Shown: positions 29,730 to 39,995, counted from the stretch's first letter. The stretch is DNA of 64,000 nt from Candidatus Moraniibacteriota bacterium (GCA_003507445.1 DNVR01000019.1:206132-270131); one strand, 5' to 3'. Notes: a model not told the origin generated them from the sequence alone. Program-made: numbers and translations.

Positions 29730-30071
29730 ATGGCTGATAATATAGAGATAGAAAAACTTGAACAATACAAAGGGAAACAAGTTAAAGTCAGAGGTATTGT
29801 TGAAAAAATAGAAGATCATGGGGGCATTTTGTTTTTGGAAATAAGTCATTCTTCATCTTTAGCCAAGGCTATTATTATCCCTGACAGGGAAAATGTTTTT
29901 TTGGTGGCGAAGAATATTAAAAAGGGTTACATTGTTGAAATGGTTGGGTTTGTTAAGGAATGTCCTTTGAGCAATGGTCACGCCTTGTGTGAGGTTGATG
30001 TTGAGATGTTGTCTATCATTTCCGCCAGAACAAGATTGGAAAATATGATAAAAATTGCCAGAGAGAATTAA
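29730..30071 (+). CDS. Stand-alone OB-fold (tRNA anticodon-binding-like) protein
   Basis: GKQVKVRGIVEKIEDHGGILFL resembles AspRS N-terminus [22 protein letters not shown]. Confidence 0.75.
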   Translation: MADNIEIEKLEQYKGKQVKVRGIVEKIEDHGGILFLEISHSSSLAKAIIIPDRENVFLVAKNIKKGYIVEMVGFVKECPLSNGHALCEVDVEMLSIISARTRLENMIKIAREN

Positions 30072-30101
30072 GCGCAAAATAATAATTCAAAAATAAAAAT
30101 A

Positions 30102-30141
30102 ACCCCAGTTAAATGATTACAAAAAGCTAATTTAACGGGGT
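30102..30141. repeat. Motif C hairpin (ACCCCAGTTAAAT-N-ATTTAACGGGGT)
   Basis: Also at 32437-32477, 46911-46950, 61396-61537. Confidence 0.8.
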
Positions 30142-30149
30142 AAAAATTA

Positions 30150-31367
30150 ATGGCAAATAAAAAACACAAGGAAAAGCTTAATGATGGTAAATTGAAATTG
30201 ATAACGTTTGTTTCTTTTTTGTTGGGTTTTTCTCAATCGCTTCTTGTTTATGTTGAATCGTCATATTTCAAATTGTCTTTGGGCAGCGAAAATGTGAGTG
30301 TTTTTTATTTCTTGGCGTATGTCGTGTCGCTGCTTGGTCTTTTGAATATGCATAAATTCATCAAGCGTTTGGGAAAATCAACAACTTTTTTCCTGCTTTT
30401 CTTTTTGCAAATTTTTGCTATGGCGGTGCTTATTATGGTTCCGCCGTCAATGTTTGGAATATTTTTATTGATGATAAACATCATCACGTCATATTTGATG
30501 TATGTGGTGTTGGACATCATTATGGAATCGTATTCTGAAGACAGGAAATCAGGCAGAATACGCGGACTTCACTTGATGATCATCAGCGCTGGTTTTATGC
30601 TTGGACCAATTCTTTCTACTCGCATCTTGGAAGTGTATGATTATTCCGGACTTTTCTTTTTGTCGATGCTTATCAGTATGGTGATTTTTGTGATTGGTCT
30701 TGTTGGTTTGCGTGGCGGGAATAATAAATTTAATGGAAACATAACCATTCGGGATTTGGTAAAAAAAATATTTGTGAACAAGAATTTGATGCGCATATAT
30801 TGGGTGTCATTTGTGCTGGAATTTTTTTATGCGCTAATGACCGTGTACACTCCTTTGTATCTGCTTGACTTGGGAATGTCTTGGAGTCAGATTGGAGTAA
30901 TCTTTACCATAATGCTGATACCTTTTATTTTGATTAATTATCCCGTGGGAGCGCTTGCGGATAAAAAACTTGGAGAAAAAGAAATGATAATTTTTGCTTT
31001 GTTTGTGATGGCTATTTCAACCTTGAGTATTTTTTTCGTGACAAGCACATCAGTTTTCATTTGGGGAATGGTACTTTTTATGACGAGAATAGGTGCAGCA
31101 ATGATCGAAACATTGCGCGATTCTTATTTTTACAAAAGAATTGATGGCGACGATATGGATATTATAAGTTTTTTTAGAACCTCTCGAAGTGTCGCATATA
31201 TTGCCGCAACAGCCATTTCTGCAATGCTGCTGGTTGTCTTTCCAGTCAAAGCAATGTTTATTTTCCTCACGTTGGTTATTCTGCTTGCGCTGTATCCTGC
31301 TTTTACCTTGGTGGATAATAAAAGTGAAGAAGAAATTGAATTAGAAAAAAAATATTTGCGTAGTTAG
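30150..31367 (+). CDS. MFS transporter
   Basis: About 12 TM segments, GALADKKLG loop. Confidence 0.9.
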   Translation: MANKKHKEKLNDGKLKLITFVSFLLGFSQSLLVYVESSYFKLSLGSENVSVFYFLAYVVSLLGLLNMHKFIKRLGKSTTFFLLFFLQIFAMAVLIMVPPSMFGIFLLMINIITSYLMYVVLDIIMESYSEDRKSGRIRGLHLMIISAGFMLGPILSTRILEVYDYSGLFFLSMLISMVIFVIGLVGLRGGNNKFNGNITIRDLVKKIFVNKNLMRIYWVSFVLEFFYALMTVYTPLYLLDLGMSWSQIGVIFTIMLIPFILINYPVGALADKKLGEKEMIIFALFVMAISTLSIFFVTSTSVFIWGMVLFMTRIGAAMIETLRDSYFYKRIDGDDMDIISFFRTSRSVAYIAATAISAMLLVVFPVKAMFIFLTLVILLALYPAFTLVDNKSEEEIELEKKYLRS

Positions 31368-31392
31368 TCGGTTATTGATTATTGAAATTATT

Positions 31393-32112
31393 ATGTCTTA
31401 TCATTTTAAACTCGAACAATTTGAAGGGCCGCTGGATTTGCTTTTGCAACTGACTCAGCAGGAAAAGCTTGATATTACTCGAGTAAGTTTGGCGAAAATT
31501 GCAGATCAATATTTGGCATATATCGCTGAGGCCAAAGACATCACGCTTGCTCATCTGGCTGATTTTTTGTCAGTGGCATCTCGTCTTATTTTGATCAAAT
31601 CCAAAGCCTTGCTTCCGATGTTGGAATTTACTGAAGAGGAAGAGGAGGAAATTAAAGATTTGGAATATCAATTGGCAGAGTATAAAAAATTTAAAGATGC
31701 TTCGGCAAAGATTGCGCCCATTTTTGATTCGCCAAAAGCAAGTTTTGCGCGCGAAGGATTTTTGGGCTTGGCAACACTTTTTTATCCGCCAGAAAATATT
31801 GTTGCTTTTGATTTGCAAAAAGCTTTTGCCAAAGTGTTGGGCGAAATTCCGGTTCAAGAAAAATTGGAAGAAGAAATGGTAAAAGAAGTTCTAACTTTGG
31901 AAGACAGAATTGTCCATTTGCAAAACACCTTGAGAGACCGAGTGCAAACATCATTTTCCGAACTTGTTGCAAATGCAAAAGACAAAGTTGAAATTGTGGT
32001 TTCTTTTCTTGCAATGCTCGAATTGGTAAAACAACGAATCATCCACGTGGAGCAAGGAGAACTATTTTCCGAAATACATCTTAAACACAAAGATCATAAA
32101 AGTGCTACGTAA
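31393..32112 (+). CDS. scpA: Segregation and condensation protein A
   Basis: FEGPLDLLL, IKSKALLP, SFLAMLEL. Confidence 0.95.
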   Translation: MSYHFKLEQFEGPLDLLLQLTQQEKLDITRVSLAKIADQYLAYIAEAKDITLAHLADFLSVASRLILIKSKALLPMLEFTEEEEEEIKDLEYQLAEYKKFKDASAKIAPIFDSPKASFAREGFLGLATLFYPPENIVAFDLQKAFAKVLGEIPVQEKLEEEMVKEVLTLEDRIVHLQNTLRDRVQTSFSELVANAKDKVEIVVSFLAMLELVKQRIIHVEQGELFSEIHLKHKDHKSAT

Positions 32113-32116
32113 TTAT

Positions 32117-32250
32117 AGTTCAAAAAAAGCTTTTGTTTTGCCTGCTTCCTTTCTCGGCACGCTTCGCAATCGAAGAACTATGATTGCTCGCTAAGAGTTC
32201 GCTGTCGCTCTCTGTTGCCTCGAAAGAAAACAGGCAAAACAAATTGAACT
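32117..32250. repeat. Structured repeat F copy 1 at left edge of scpA-scpB island
   Basis: Outer stem tttgttttgcctg/caggcaaaacaaa; ggcacgct core shared with 46104-46222 and 60310-60399. Confidence 0.75.
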
Positions 32251-32485
32251 TTTGAGACTTAGAGTCATAACTTGCATATGATTTGTCAAAAGTGAGTTGG
32301 GTAAAACCAGCTCGTTTTTTATATCCAAAAATCCTGTTTTCCCAGCAGGAAGAGGTTTCTGATTATTGTGTATTAATATTTATAAGATGAAAGAATGTCG
32401 CAAAAAAGTGGGAAAATATCATAATAATTAATATTCACTCAAGTTAAATGGCGGGAGGTTTTGCAATTTAACTGGGTAAAATCAT

Positions 32486-32902
32486 ATGAAAAATCCAAGA
32501 CCCATACATTTTGAAATCAACGCAATTGATCCTGCGCGCACCGCCAAATTCTATGCGGATGTGTTCGGGTGGGAGTTTGAAAAGTGGGAGACGCCAGAAG
32601 CCAACATGGACTATTGGATGGTTATGACAGGCGACAAGGAAACCATGGGAATCAACGGTGGTATGAGCAAGCAAGACCAGCCTCCTGCCAAAGGAGGAGC
32701 CAATTCATTCATCCCAACAATGGGAGTTTCCAATTTTGACGAATATCACCAAAAGATTCTTTCAGCCGGTGGAACAGTGCAAATGGAAAAGCACGAGATT
32801 CCAACTGTCGGTTTGCATGGATATTACCATGACACCGAAGGCAACATCTTCGGCATCCTCGAACCATCAGAGGAGATGAAAAAAATGGAAGAAACGATGT
32901 AA
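32486..32902 (+). CDS. VOC/glyoxalase family protein
   Basis: HFEI, FYADVFGW, DTEGNIFG. Confidence 0.9.
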   Translation: MKNPRPIHFEINAIDPARTAKFYADVFGWEFEKWETPEANMDYWMVMTGDKETMGINGGMSKQDQPPAKGGANSFIPTMGVSNFDEYHQKILSAGGTVQMEKHEIPTVGLHGYYHDTEGNIFGILEPSEEMKKMEETM

Positions 32903-33054
32903 TGATTTCAAAAAGAAATTTCCTGTCACCAGCGCAGGGAATTTTTTTAACTGAAAATTAGAAAAAAGCGTGAATTTGGGAAATTGAAGAATGATTTCGG
33001 GCTTAAAGTAGGTATTCTGCTCCATGCTCCATGTTTCATGTTTTATGATTTCGA

Positions 33055-33132
33055 GCTTGAATTATGGGTAAAATGAGAGTAGAATGGAAATATAAGTCAA
33101 CTGACGTTGTTACGTAGCATGTTACGTAACAA
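33055..33132 (+). repeat. 78-bp direct repeat, left copy (contains motif A)
   Basis: 75/78 identical to 33628-33705. Confidence 0.95.
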
Positions 33133-33142
33133 AATTATATGT

Positions 33143-33601
33143 ATGGAAATCGTGATTAGAAAAACAAATGAATTCGAAAAAGCTTTGGGAATTGCGAAAA
33201 CATTGCCGGAGTTTTTCACGCAGCAAGGGCTGGATGAAATCAAGGTGCAGCTTCCTGATCAAGCAGTATATGGAGCATATGACGGCGAGGAATTGATCGC
33301 CTGCATTAGCTATAAGAAAGTCAATGACTCAACAATTGATATTGCTTTCCTTTTTATGCTGGAGACTTATCATGGAAAGGGCATTGGCACGCGACTTGTT
33401 GAAGAGAGTCTTGCTGTTGAAGGCGGGGAATTCAAGGTTTGCCAGGTTAATACTTTGGCAGAGACTGTTGAAGATGCAGGATATGCAAGAACAAGAAAAT
33501 TTTATGAAAAATTGGGTTTTATTCCAATTGAAATCATCCACCCCTATCCCGGTTGGGGCATGGAAAATCCGTGTCAGATTTATGTGAGATTTTTGAAATA
33601 A
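33143..33601 (+). CDS. GNAT acetyltransferase
   Basis: YHGKGIGTRL, FYEKLGF. Confidence 0.9.
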   Translation: MEIVIRKTNEFEKALGIAKTLPEFFTQQGLDEIKVQLPDQAVYGAYDGEELIACISYKKVNDSTIDIAFLFMLETYHGKGIGTRLVEESLAVEGGEFKVCQVNTLAETVEDAGYARTRKFYEKLGFIPIEIIHPYPGWGMENPCQIYVRFLK

Positions 33602-33627
33602 AGCAGGCCTTGAGTCTGTTTTATTGT

Positions 33628-33705
33628 GCTTGAATTATGGGTGGAATGAGAGTAGAATGGAAATATAAGTCAACTGATGTTGTTACGTAGCATGTTACGT
33701 AACAA
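33628..33705 (+). repeat. 78-bp direct repeat, right copy (contains motif A)
   Basis: 75/78 identical to 33055-33132. Confidence 0.95.
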
Positions 33706-33793
33706 GGTTTTATTTTTGAAAAATAAGTTATGCACAGTTGTGTTTGAATTTATTGAATGATATAATATCACTGTAAGAGTTTAAAATAAAAAT

Positions 33794-34765
33794 ATGACAC
33801 AAAAAATAATACAAGATATGGCCGTCAGTTTGAATATTCATCCAATTCATCTGCGGGTTTTTATGTCGAACTTTAAAAATGTATCAGCTGAAAATATCGT
33901 ATCGGCATACAAAGAATTCAAAGATGAAAATCCAAAACCGTTTGTAAAGTGGGTTGGAGGAAAAAGGCAATTGCTCAAACAATTTAGAGAGAGAGATTTG
34001 TATCCGCCCTATGATTTTGATCCGAAAACTGCAACTTACTTTGAGCCTTTTGTCGGTGGTGGAGCAATGTTTTTTGATTTGTTACCAAAAAAAGCTGTTT
34101 TGTCTGATATGAATGCCGAATTGGTAACAACTTATAATGTTATTAAAAATGACGTTGAAGGATTAATAAAAAAATTAAAAGAATATCAAAAGAAAAATAA
34201 TAAAGAATATTTTCTCAAAGTTCGTGCGCAAGATTTTAAAAAACTTTCCGATGTTGATGTTGCTGCTCGTTTTATATATCTAAATAGAACTTGTTTCAAT
34301 GGAATGTTTCGCGTTAATGGTAGTGGTCAATTTAATGTTCCATTTGGGGATAACAAGAATCCGCTTATTTGTGATGAAGAAAATTTGCGGAAAGCTCATG
34401 ATGCAATGAAGTATACTAAAATCTTGCATCAGGACTATGGAAAAGTTTTAGAAAAAGCAAAAAAAGGAGATTTTGTTTATTTTGATCCACCTTATTGTCC
34501 GGTTAACGCAACGTCTAGTTTTACGAGTTATACCAAGGAGGGATTTCTTGAAAAACAACAAATAGAATTGAAGGATGCCTTTATGGAGCTCCACAAGAGA
34601 GGTTGCTATGTTATGCTTTCAAATTCTGATACGCCATTTATCAATGAATTATATTCTGGACTAGGCAAAAAAATAAAAATTCACACTGTTGATGCTGGGC
34701 GTTCTATTAATTCAAAGGGAACAGGAAGAGGAAAAATTAAGGAGGTTGTCGTGATAAATTATTAA
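33794..34765 (+). CDS. Dam/DpnIIA-like DNA adenine methyltransferase
   Basis: KWVGGKRQL, EPFVGGGA, NRTCFNG, DPPY, LSNS. Confidence 0.93.
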   Translation: MTQKIIQDMAVSLNIHPIHLRVFMSNFKNVSAENIVSAYKEFKDENPKPFVKWVGGKRQLLKQFRERDLYPPYDFDPKTATYFEPFVGGGAMFFDLLPKKAVLSDMNAELVTTYNVIKNDVEGLIKKLKEYQKKNNKEYFLKVRAQDFKKLSDVDVAARFIYLNRTCFNGMFRVNGSGQFNVPFGDNKNPLICDEENLRKAHDAMKYTKILHQDYGKVLEKAKKGDFVYFDPPYCPVNATSSFTSYTKEGFLEKQQIELKDAFMELHKRGCYVMLSNSDTPFINELYSGLGKKIKIHTVDAGRSINSKGTGRGKIKEVVVINY

Positions 34766-34774
34766 AAAATAATT

Positions 34775-36481
34775 ATGGCAAATTTTACAAAAACAGAGCC
34801 TTATACATTTGCAGCCCTTTGTGATTCTTTTAAAATGTTTAAGATACCAAATTTTCAGAGACCATATAAATGGACAAATAAAAATATCCAAGAATTTTGG
34901 AGCTCAATTATTTCAAATCAGAGTCCATATTTCATTGGGAATATAGTTGCAGTAAGTGACGAAAGTCTTCTTGTTATTGATGGGCAACAGAGATTAACAA
35001 CAATTAATTTGTTGTTAATAGCCCTAAGGGATACATATTCAAATATAAAAGTAAAAAAAAGCGATAAAACTAAAGTCAGTAGAACTATTGCAAGAATAGA
35101 TAAATATCTGAAGGATGATGATCTTTCGAAATCGGTAGAGTCTGAATATAAACGATTAGAACTTGGCAAAGATATGTATCAGAAAATTTTCAACATGTTG
35201 GTTGATAACGAAATCGATAACATTGATATAAAAAAGTTAACTGATAACCAAAAACGATTAATAAACAACTATGAAATATTAAAAAAATTTATACTATCAG
35301 AAATTAAGGGATCAGAGCTGAATAGTTTGGATGGTATTTTAAACAAAGTTTTAAATTTGCAGTTTATTGTTATTGTTTGTGCAACTGAAAATGATATATA
35401 TGGTATTTTCGAAGGATTTAATTCTACAGGATTGGGCTTGTCGGTAGCAGATCTTGTAAAAAATTCTATTTTAAAAGGAAGTGCGAGAGATACAAAAATG
35501 CAATCATTAATTGAGGAATTATGGAATGAAATGGAGTTAATGTTTGATGAAACAATTGCTTCAAAATTTCCTAAATTTCTTAGGCACCAATGGATTTCAG
35601 TTTATGGCCATGTTTCTATGTCCAACCTTTATAGGGAAATAAAGTCTGAGAAGATTGATAATAAGACACCGCAGATAATTAAGGAATATGTGGAATCAGT
35701 TTTATTTGATGCTAAGATATATCTTGGGATGCTATATTGGAAACACGAAAAAAACCTGGACTTGCCAAAAGATATATTGGAAGAAATATTTAAATTCAGA
35801 TTTTTGCAAAATGACCAGGTTTATGAGGTGTTGTTGACTTATCATCGGGCATTTAAAGAAAAAAGGATAACCCAATCTTTTTTTAAAAAATTTCTTAAAC
35901 GACTCTGGATTTTTACTGTTAGAGCTAGGTTCGTATCTGTAAATCCTTCTAAATATGAAAAAATCTTTTCAACACAATGTAAAGAAATTTACGAATGCAA
36001 AAATATTGAAGAAGTTTCTGCTGAAACTGAACGTTTTTTTTCAAAATTAAAAAAACTTGTTTCATCTGATGAGCAGTTTGTTGAGAATTTTATTGCAGAT
36101 GTTAAGTATGGGAAGGATAATAAATTAATATCTCTAGCAATTTCAGACTTAATGAGTTATGATAATCCAGAAATAAGCATAAAAGAGCCAGAAATAGAAC
36201 ACATTTTACCTCAAGAACCTAAAAAATGGGGATTTGCCAAGAGTGAAGTAAAAGATTATGTTGATAAAATTGGAAATTTAACTTTATTATTTAGTGATTT
36301 TAATAAAAAAAATAGCAATGAAACCATGTCATTTAAAAAAGCTATATTTAAAAAATCAAAACTTAAGTTCAACGTTGATATAGCAGATAAATGGGGCGAT
36401 ATTTTCGTTAAAGACTTCAAGAATGCTATTGAGCGGAGAAGTATTGATATGACAAAAAGAATTGAAAAAATTTGGAAATAA
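34775..36481 (+). CDS. DUF262 + DUF1524 (GmrSD-like) protein
   Basis: IPNFQRPYKW, DGQQRLTT, FEGFNSTG, EHILPQ, IGNLTLL. Confidence 0.88.
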   Translation: MANFTKTEPYTFAALCDSFKMFKIPNFQRPYKWTNKNIQEFWSSIISNQSPYFIGNIVAVSDESLLVIDGQQRLTTINLLLIALRDTYSNIKVKKSDKTKVSRTIARIDKYLKDDDLSKSVESEYKRLELGKDMYQKIFNMLVDNEIDNIDIKKLTDNQKRLINNYEILKKFILSEIKGSELNSLDGILNKVLNLQFIVIVCATENDIYGIFEGFNSTGLGLSVADLVKNSILKGSARDTKMQSLIEELWNEMELMFDETIASKFPKFLRHQWISVYGHVSMSNLYREIKSEKIDNKTPQIIKEYVESVLFDAKIYLGMLYWKHEKNLDLPKDILEEIFKFRFLQNDQVYEVLLTYHRAFKEKRITQSFFKKFLKRLWIFTVRARFVSVNPSKYEKIFSTQCKEIYECKNIEEVSAETERFFSKLKKLVSSDEQFVENFIADVKYGKDNKLISLAISDLMSYDNPEISIKEPEIEHILPQEPKKWGFAKSEVKDYVDKIGNLTLLFSDFNKKNSNETMSFKKAIFKKSKLKFNVDIADKWGDIFVKDFKNAIERRSIDMTKRIEKIWK

Positions 36482-36492
36482 ATTTTAAAAAT

Positions 36493-37107
36493 ATGAATAA
36501 TTACAATTTAAGATTACTTGATAACTCGGAGGTTATTAAATGGTGCTATGAGGGTGTTACGGATATTTCTTTGAAGAATACTGAAAGTGAAAAAAAATTA
36601 AAAGAATCAAAGGAGATAGAAAAAGAATGGGGCAATAGCGTTATGAATACCACAGATGGAAAGCAGTGGACAACTTTGCTTTGTCAAAATTTAGTCATGG
36701 AGGCACTTGTTAGGCTTGGTAGAAAAAATGTCAGACAAACTACTGCAAAAAAAAGTACTCTTAGGGATAAAAAATACGATCCAGATTTAGAATGTGACGA
36801 ATTTGTTTATGAGGTGAAGGGCAGAAGTTGGTCTACCCCTGGAACTGCTGGTGAAAAAATACTTGGAGTGCCCTTGAAATATGGTGAATTGCCACGTTTA
36901 TACAAAAAACCACTTCAAATAGTTTTGGTAGGATATCAGGAATATGAAGCTCGAGAAAAATTCGCTTTCGGTGATTTATTAGACAAAAATAATCAAACAA
37001 CTGAATTACGAGACAGCCTAGCTTTTTACAAGGAGCACAATATTGAATATGTTGCCTTTACAGATATTTTGAAAAAAATAGGTTTTGATTATGGCTGTTG
37101 GAATTAA
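36493..37107 (+). CDS. Putative PD-(D/E)xK restriction endonuclease
   Basis: PDLE...YEVK motif; lies between two methyltransferases. Confidence 0.6.
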   Translation: MNNYNLRLLDNSEVIKWCYEGVTDISLKNTESEKKLKESKEIEKEWGNSVMNTTDGKQWTTLLCQNLVMEALVRLGRKNVRQTTAKKSTLRDKKYDPDLECDEFVYEVKGRSWSTPGTAGEKILGVPLKYGELPRLYKKPLQIVLVGYQEYEAREKFAFGDLLDKNNQTTELRDSLAFYKEHNIEYVAFTDILKKIGFDYGCWN

Positions 37108-37122
37108 AGATGATTTAAAAAA

Positions 37123-37869
37123 ATGAAAACAAAAATAAAATTGCATCCAGATGAATTTGAAATGGAATGTACCACTGTGTGGTCATTCCCTAGGCGTGGA
37201 AACTGGGCAACACATAAATCAGATTGGCGAGGAAATTGGGCACCAGAAGTGGTGCGTAATTTAATCCTGCGTTACTCAAAGGAAAGCGATCACATTCTTG
37301 ATTGTATGATTGGCGGTGGAACAACCGCAATAGAGGCAAAAATATTAAATCGTCACATCACTTGTATTGATGTTAATGAAGAGGCACTAGAACGTACGAA
37401 AAAATCATTAGAATTTGAGGTTGAAAACAATTCCAAACAAAGAATAATGAAGTGCGACGCTCGCAATATGGCATTCATTAAAAATGAGGAAATAGATTTT
37501 GTTCTTACTCATCCACCGTATGTTGATATTATAAAGTATAGCGAAGGAAAAATTAAAGAAGATTTATCTGGCATTCATAGTCTGGATGAATTTTGTGATG
37601 AAATTGAAAAAGTTGCCAGTGAATTATTTCGCGTTTTGAAAAAAGGAAAATATTGTGCAATTTTGATGGGGGATACTAGAAGAGAAAAAATGTATCAACC
37701 GTTGGCCTTTAAGGTTATGGAACGATTTTTAAAACAAGGTTTTGTATTAAAAGAGGATATTATTAAAAAACAACATAACTGCAAAGCCACCGGCTTTTGG
37801 GTAAAACGTTCCCAAGAAAGTAATTTTCTCTTGATTATGCATGAGCATCTTTTTGTATTTCAGAAATGA
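37123..37869 (+). CDS. Amino-group (N4C/N6A) DNA methyltransferase
   Basis: LDCMIGGGTT motif I, THPPY motif IV, HEHLFVF. Confidence 0.88.
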   Translation: MKTKIKLHPDEFEMECTTVWSFPRRGNWATHKSDWRGNWAPEVVRNLILRYSKESDHILDCMIGGGTTAIEAKILNRHITCIDVNEEALERTKKSLEFEVENNSKQRIMKCDARNMAFIKNEEIDFVLTHPPYVDIIKYSEGKIKEDLSGIHSLDEFCDEIEKVASELFRVLKKGKYCAILMGDTRREKMYQPLAFKVMERFLKQGFVLKEDIIKKQHNCKATGFWVKRSQESNFLLIMHEHLFVFQK

Positions 37870-37879
37870 TTTTTTTATT

Positions 37880-38305
37880 ATGAAAACAAAGAAAGAAAAA
37901 AAGTTATCAGAAGAGTTTGTGAAAAACTCTGTTATTAAATATCTCTCCTCTAACGGCTGGGGTCATTTTAAATTTGGTGGATTAAGAGAGCATGGTGTTG
38001 ATATAAAAGCAAAAAAACAAAATTATGATCGGTATTTTCTTATTGAGGCAAAAGGCGAAGGAAGTCGTAGGGAAATGAATGAAAATTATTTTGTTTATTC
38101 ATTAGGGCAAATAATAACTCGTATGACTTCTGGCGGAACAACAAGAAATTATTATGGACTTGCACTTCCGGATTCAATAGCAAAAATTGCGCTTAGGCGC
38201 ATTCCATGGCAAGTAGCAAAAAAGTTGCTGCTGTATGTTTTTTCTGTTGATTCAAAAGGACAAGTGAAACAAAATTCTTGGCAGGATATAAAAAACAAAA
38301 AATAA
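37880..38305 (+). CDS. Small putative PD-(D/E)xK nuclease
   Basis: HGVDIKA...LIEAKG...LGQII. Confidence 0.6.
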   Translation: MKTKKEKKLSEEFVKNSVIKYLSSNGWGHFKFGGLREHGVDIKAKKQNYDRYFLIEAKGEGSRREMNENYFVYSLGQIITRMTSGGTTRNYYGLALPDSIAKIALRRIPWQVAKKLLLYVFSVDSKGQVKQNSWQDIKNKK

Positions 38306-38307
38306 TT

Positions 38308-38331
38308 TGCTACGTAACATGCTACGTAACA
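38308..38331. repeat. Motif A copy
   Basis: tgctacgtaacatgctacgtaaca, 2 nt after the preceding stop. Confidence 0.9.
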
Positions 38332-38353
38332 AAATAAAAAATAAAAATTAATC

Positions 38354-38381
38354 TAGATTCCGGATTTGCTGTCCGGAATGA
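38354..38381. repeat. REP-like hairpin
   Basis: attccgga-tttgctg-tccggaat. Confidence 0.6.
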
Positions 38382-38390
38382 TAAAGAAGT

Positions 38391-38555
38391 ATGAAAAAGA
38401 AAGAAGAACTTGTTCGCAAAGTGACTGGAGTTGGGAAGCGAAGCCTCTCAATCGTCATCCCATCCGAAATCGTCGCCGAACTCGGGATTAAAGAACGCCA
38501 AAAAATGACCTTCAAAATCGACCGCAAGAAAATAATTATAAGTGATTGGAAATAA
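38391..38555 (+). CDS. AbrB/MazE/SpoVT-family DNA-binding protein (not in ORF track)
   Basis: MKKKEELVRKVTGVGKRSLSIVIPSEIVAELGIKERQKMTFKIDRKKIIISDWK*. Confidence 0.85.
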   Translation: MKKKEELVRKVTGVGKRSLSIVIPSEIVAELGIKERQKMTFKIDRKKIIISDWK

Positions 38556-38567
38556 TTCTATTTATAT

Positions 38568-39995
38568 ATGCGTGAAAAACACATAACACAGGAATCATCA
38601 AAATTGCAAAATTCTAATTTATCTGGGATAAAATTTGAAAACGATCAAACTTATTCCAAGAGCATTTCGCAAGAGTTGGCTGAAATGAGGATACAACAAG
38701 AAAAAAAAGATATTGACGAAATAGATAAAATTATGGGATTTTTTCGTGTACCTGAAAGAAATAATGAAGTACATGTTTTTGATGCTGGCGAAAAATTTGA
38801 TCCATATTCTGAAATTGATAAAATTAGGGTTGGAAGTAAAAAAGAAAAAAGACATAATCTGGAAATATATAAGAAGAAATTAATATTTCAGCGTAAGGGG
38901 ATTACTGAAATGCAAACTCATTTGTACGAGTTAATGCAAAAGAAAGAGACAATGACGGTTGAAATGCTTAAGCAATCCATTGCCGACCTTGAAGATAAAT
39001 ATGCATTATGCGATGAGCAAAGACGTATTTTTGATTCTGCAATAAAAATATATGCCGAAAGACATAATGGTATAGTTGAAAATACTCGAGATTGCATTGA
39101 TGAAGAAGGGAACATTGATGGAAAAAAATTATATGAGAAAATTTTTGGTAGACAACCTTATGGGGATGTTAATGTTGAAATATTGCCAATTACTATATAT
39201 CTAAGAACTTTTGATTTTGAAGATTATGCGTATGTTCATTCAAATGCATATAAAAACAAAAGAGAAATTGATGATGATGAATTTAAAAATGCTAGTATGT
39301 CAGGAGGAGTAAAATTGTGGAACTCTGGATTTTCTGGTCTGGAAAGCGTTGTAACACTTCAAAACGCTAATAATGTCGTTAAAAGAATGTTTAAGAGTAT
39401 TTCTGATGAAACACGTGATCATGAAGATCAGCATAATTTTAATGATCTTATCGATGAAGCGTTTATAAATAACGGTAGCGCATCATCTCCTATTGGCGAA
39501 AACGAGGAAATATTACGGGATGTGGATGAAAAAGAAAAAAAGAAACAAGACGCTGAAAGTCGTGACATAGGCATTGAAATGATGATAGGGGATGAGATGT
39601 GCGCATTTTTTAAAACCGGTAATTCAGCTCAATATATTCATGACGCAATATTAAAAAAAGATACTATATATGAATATGGGAAGAATTATAGAAAAGAAAA
39701 AAGGAAACATGGAGAGCAATTTTCTCAAAATTACAAAGACCTTGTTGATGGAGGAATTGTTGCTATGTTTGATTTACTCGATCATGGTTATTCGCGAAAA
39801 GAGGTTATAGCCTTGCTATTTTTTGATCTTCCTTCACAGTGGGGAAAAGTTGTTTCTAGAGTTTTGGAAAGAAGAAAAACAACAACAGAAGAAAAACAAG
39901 ATAGAAAAAAAATTGTGAATATTATTGATAGAATCAGTAGACATATTACTGGGAAGTTTAGTGATATCTATGATTTTTTTAGGGTAAGATTATAA
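38568..39995 (+). CDS. Hypothetical protein, possible metallopeptidase-like HExxH motif
   Basis: 475 aa; HEDQH followed by a downstream Glu (GDEMCA). Confidence 0.65.
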   Translation: MREKHITQESSKLQNSNLSGIKFENDQTYSKSISQELAEMRIQQEKKDIDEIDKIMGFFRVPERNNEVHVFDAGEKFDPYSEIDKIRVGSKKEKRHNLEIYKKKLIFQRKGITEMQTHLYELMQKKETMTVEMLKQSIADLEDKYALCDEQRRIFDSAIKIYAERHNGIVENTRDCIDEEGNIDGKKLYEKIFGRQPYGDVNVEILPITIYLRTFDFEDYAYVHSNAYKNKREIDDDEFKNASMSGGVKLWNSGFSGLESVVTLQNANNVVKRMFKSISDETRDHEDQHNFNDLIDEAFINNGSASSPIGENEEILRDVDEKEKKKQDAESRDIGIEMMIGDEMCAFFKTGNSAQYIHDAILKKDTIYEYGKNYRKEKRKHGEQFSQNYKDLVDGGIVAMFDLLDHGYSRKEVIALLFFDLPSQWGKVVSRVLERRKTTTEEKQDRKKIVNIIDRISRHITGKFSDIYDFFRVRL

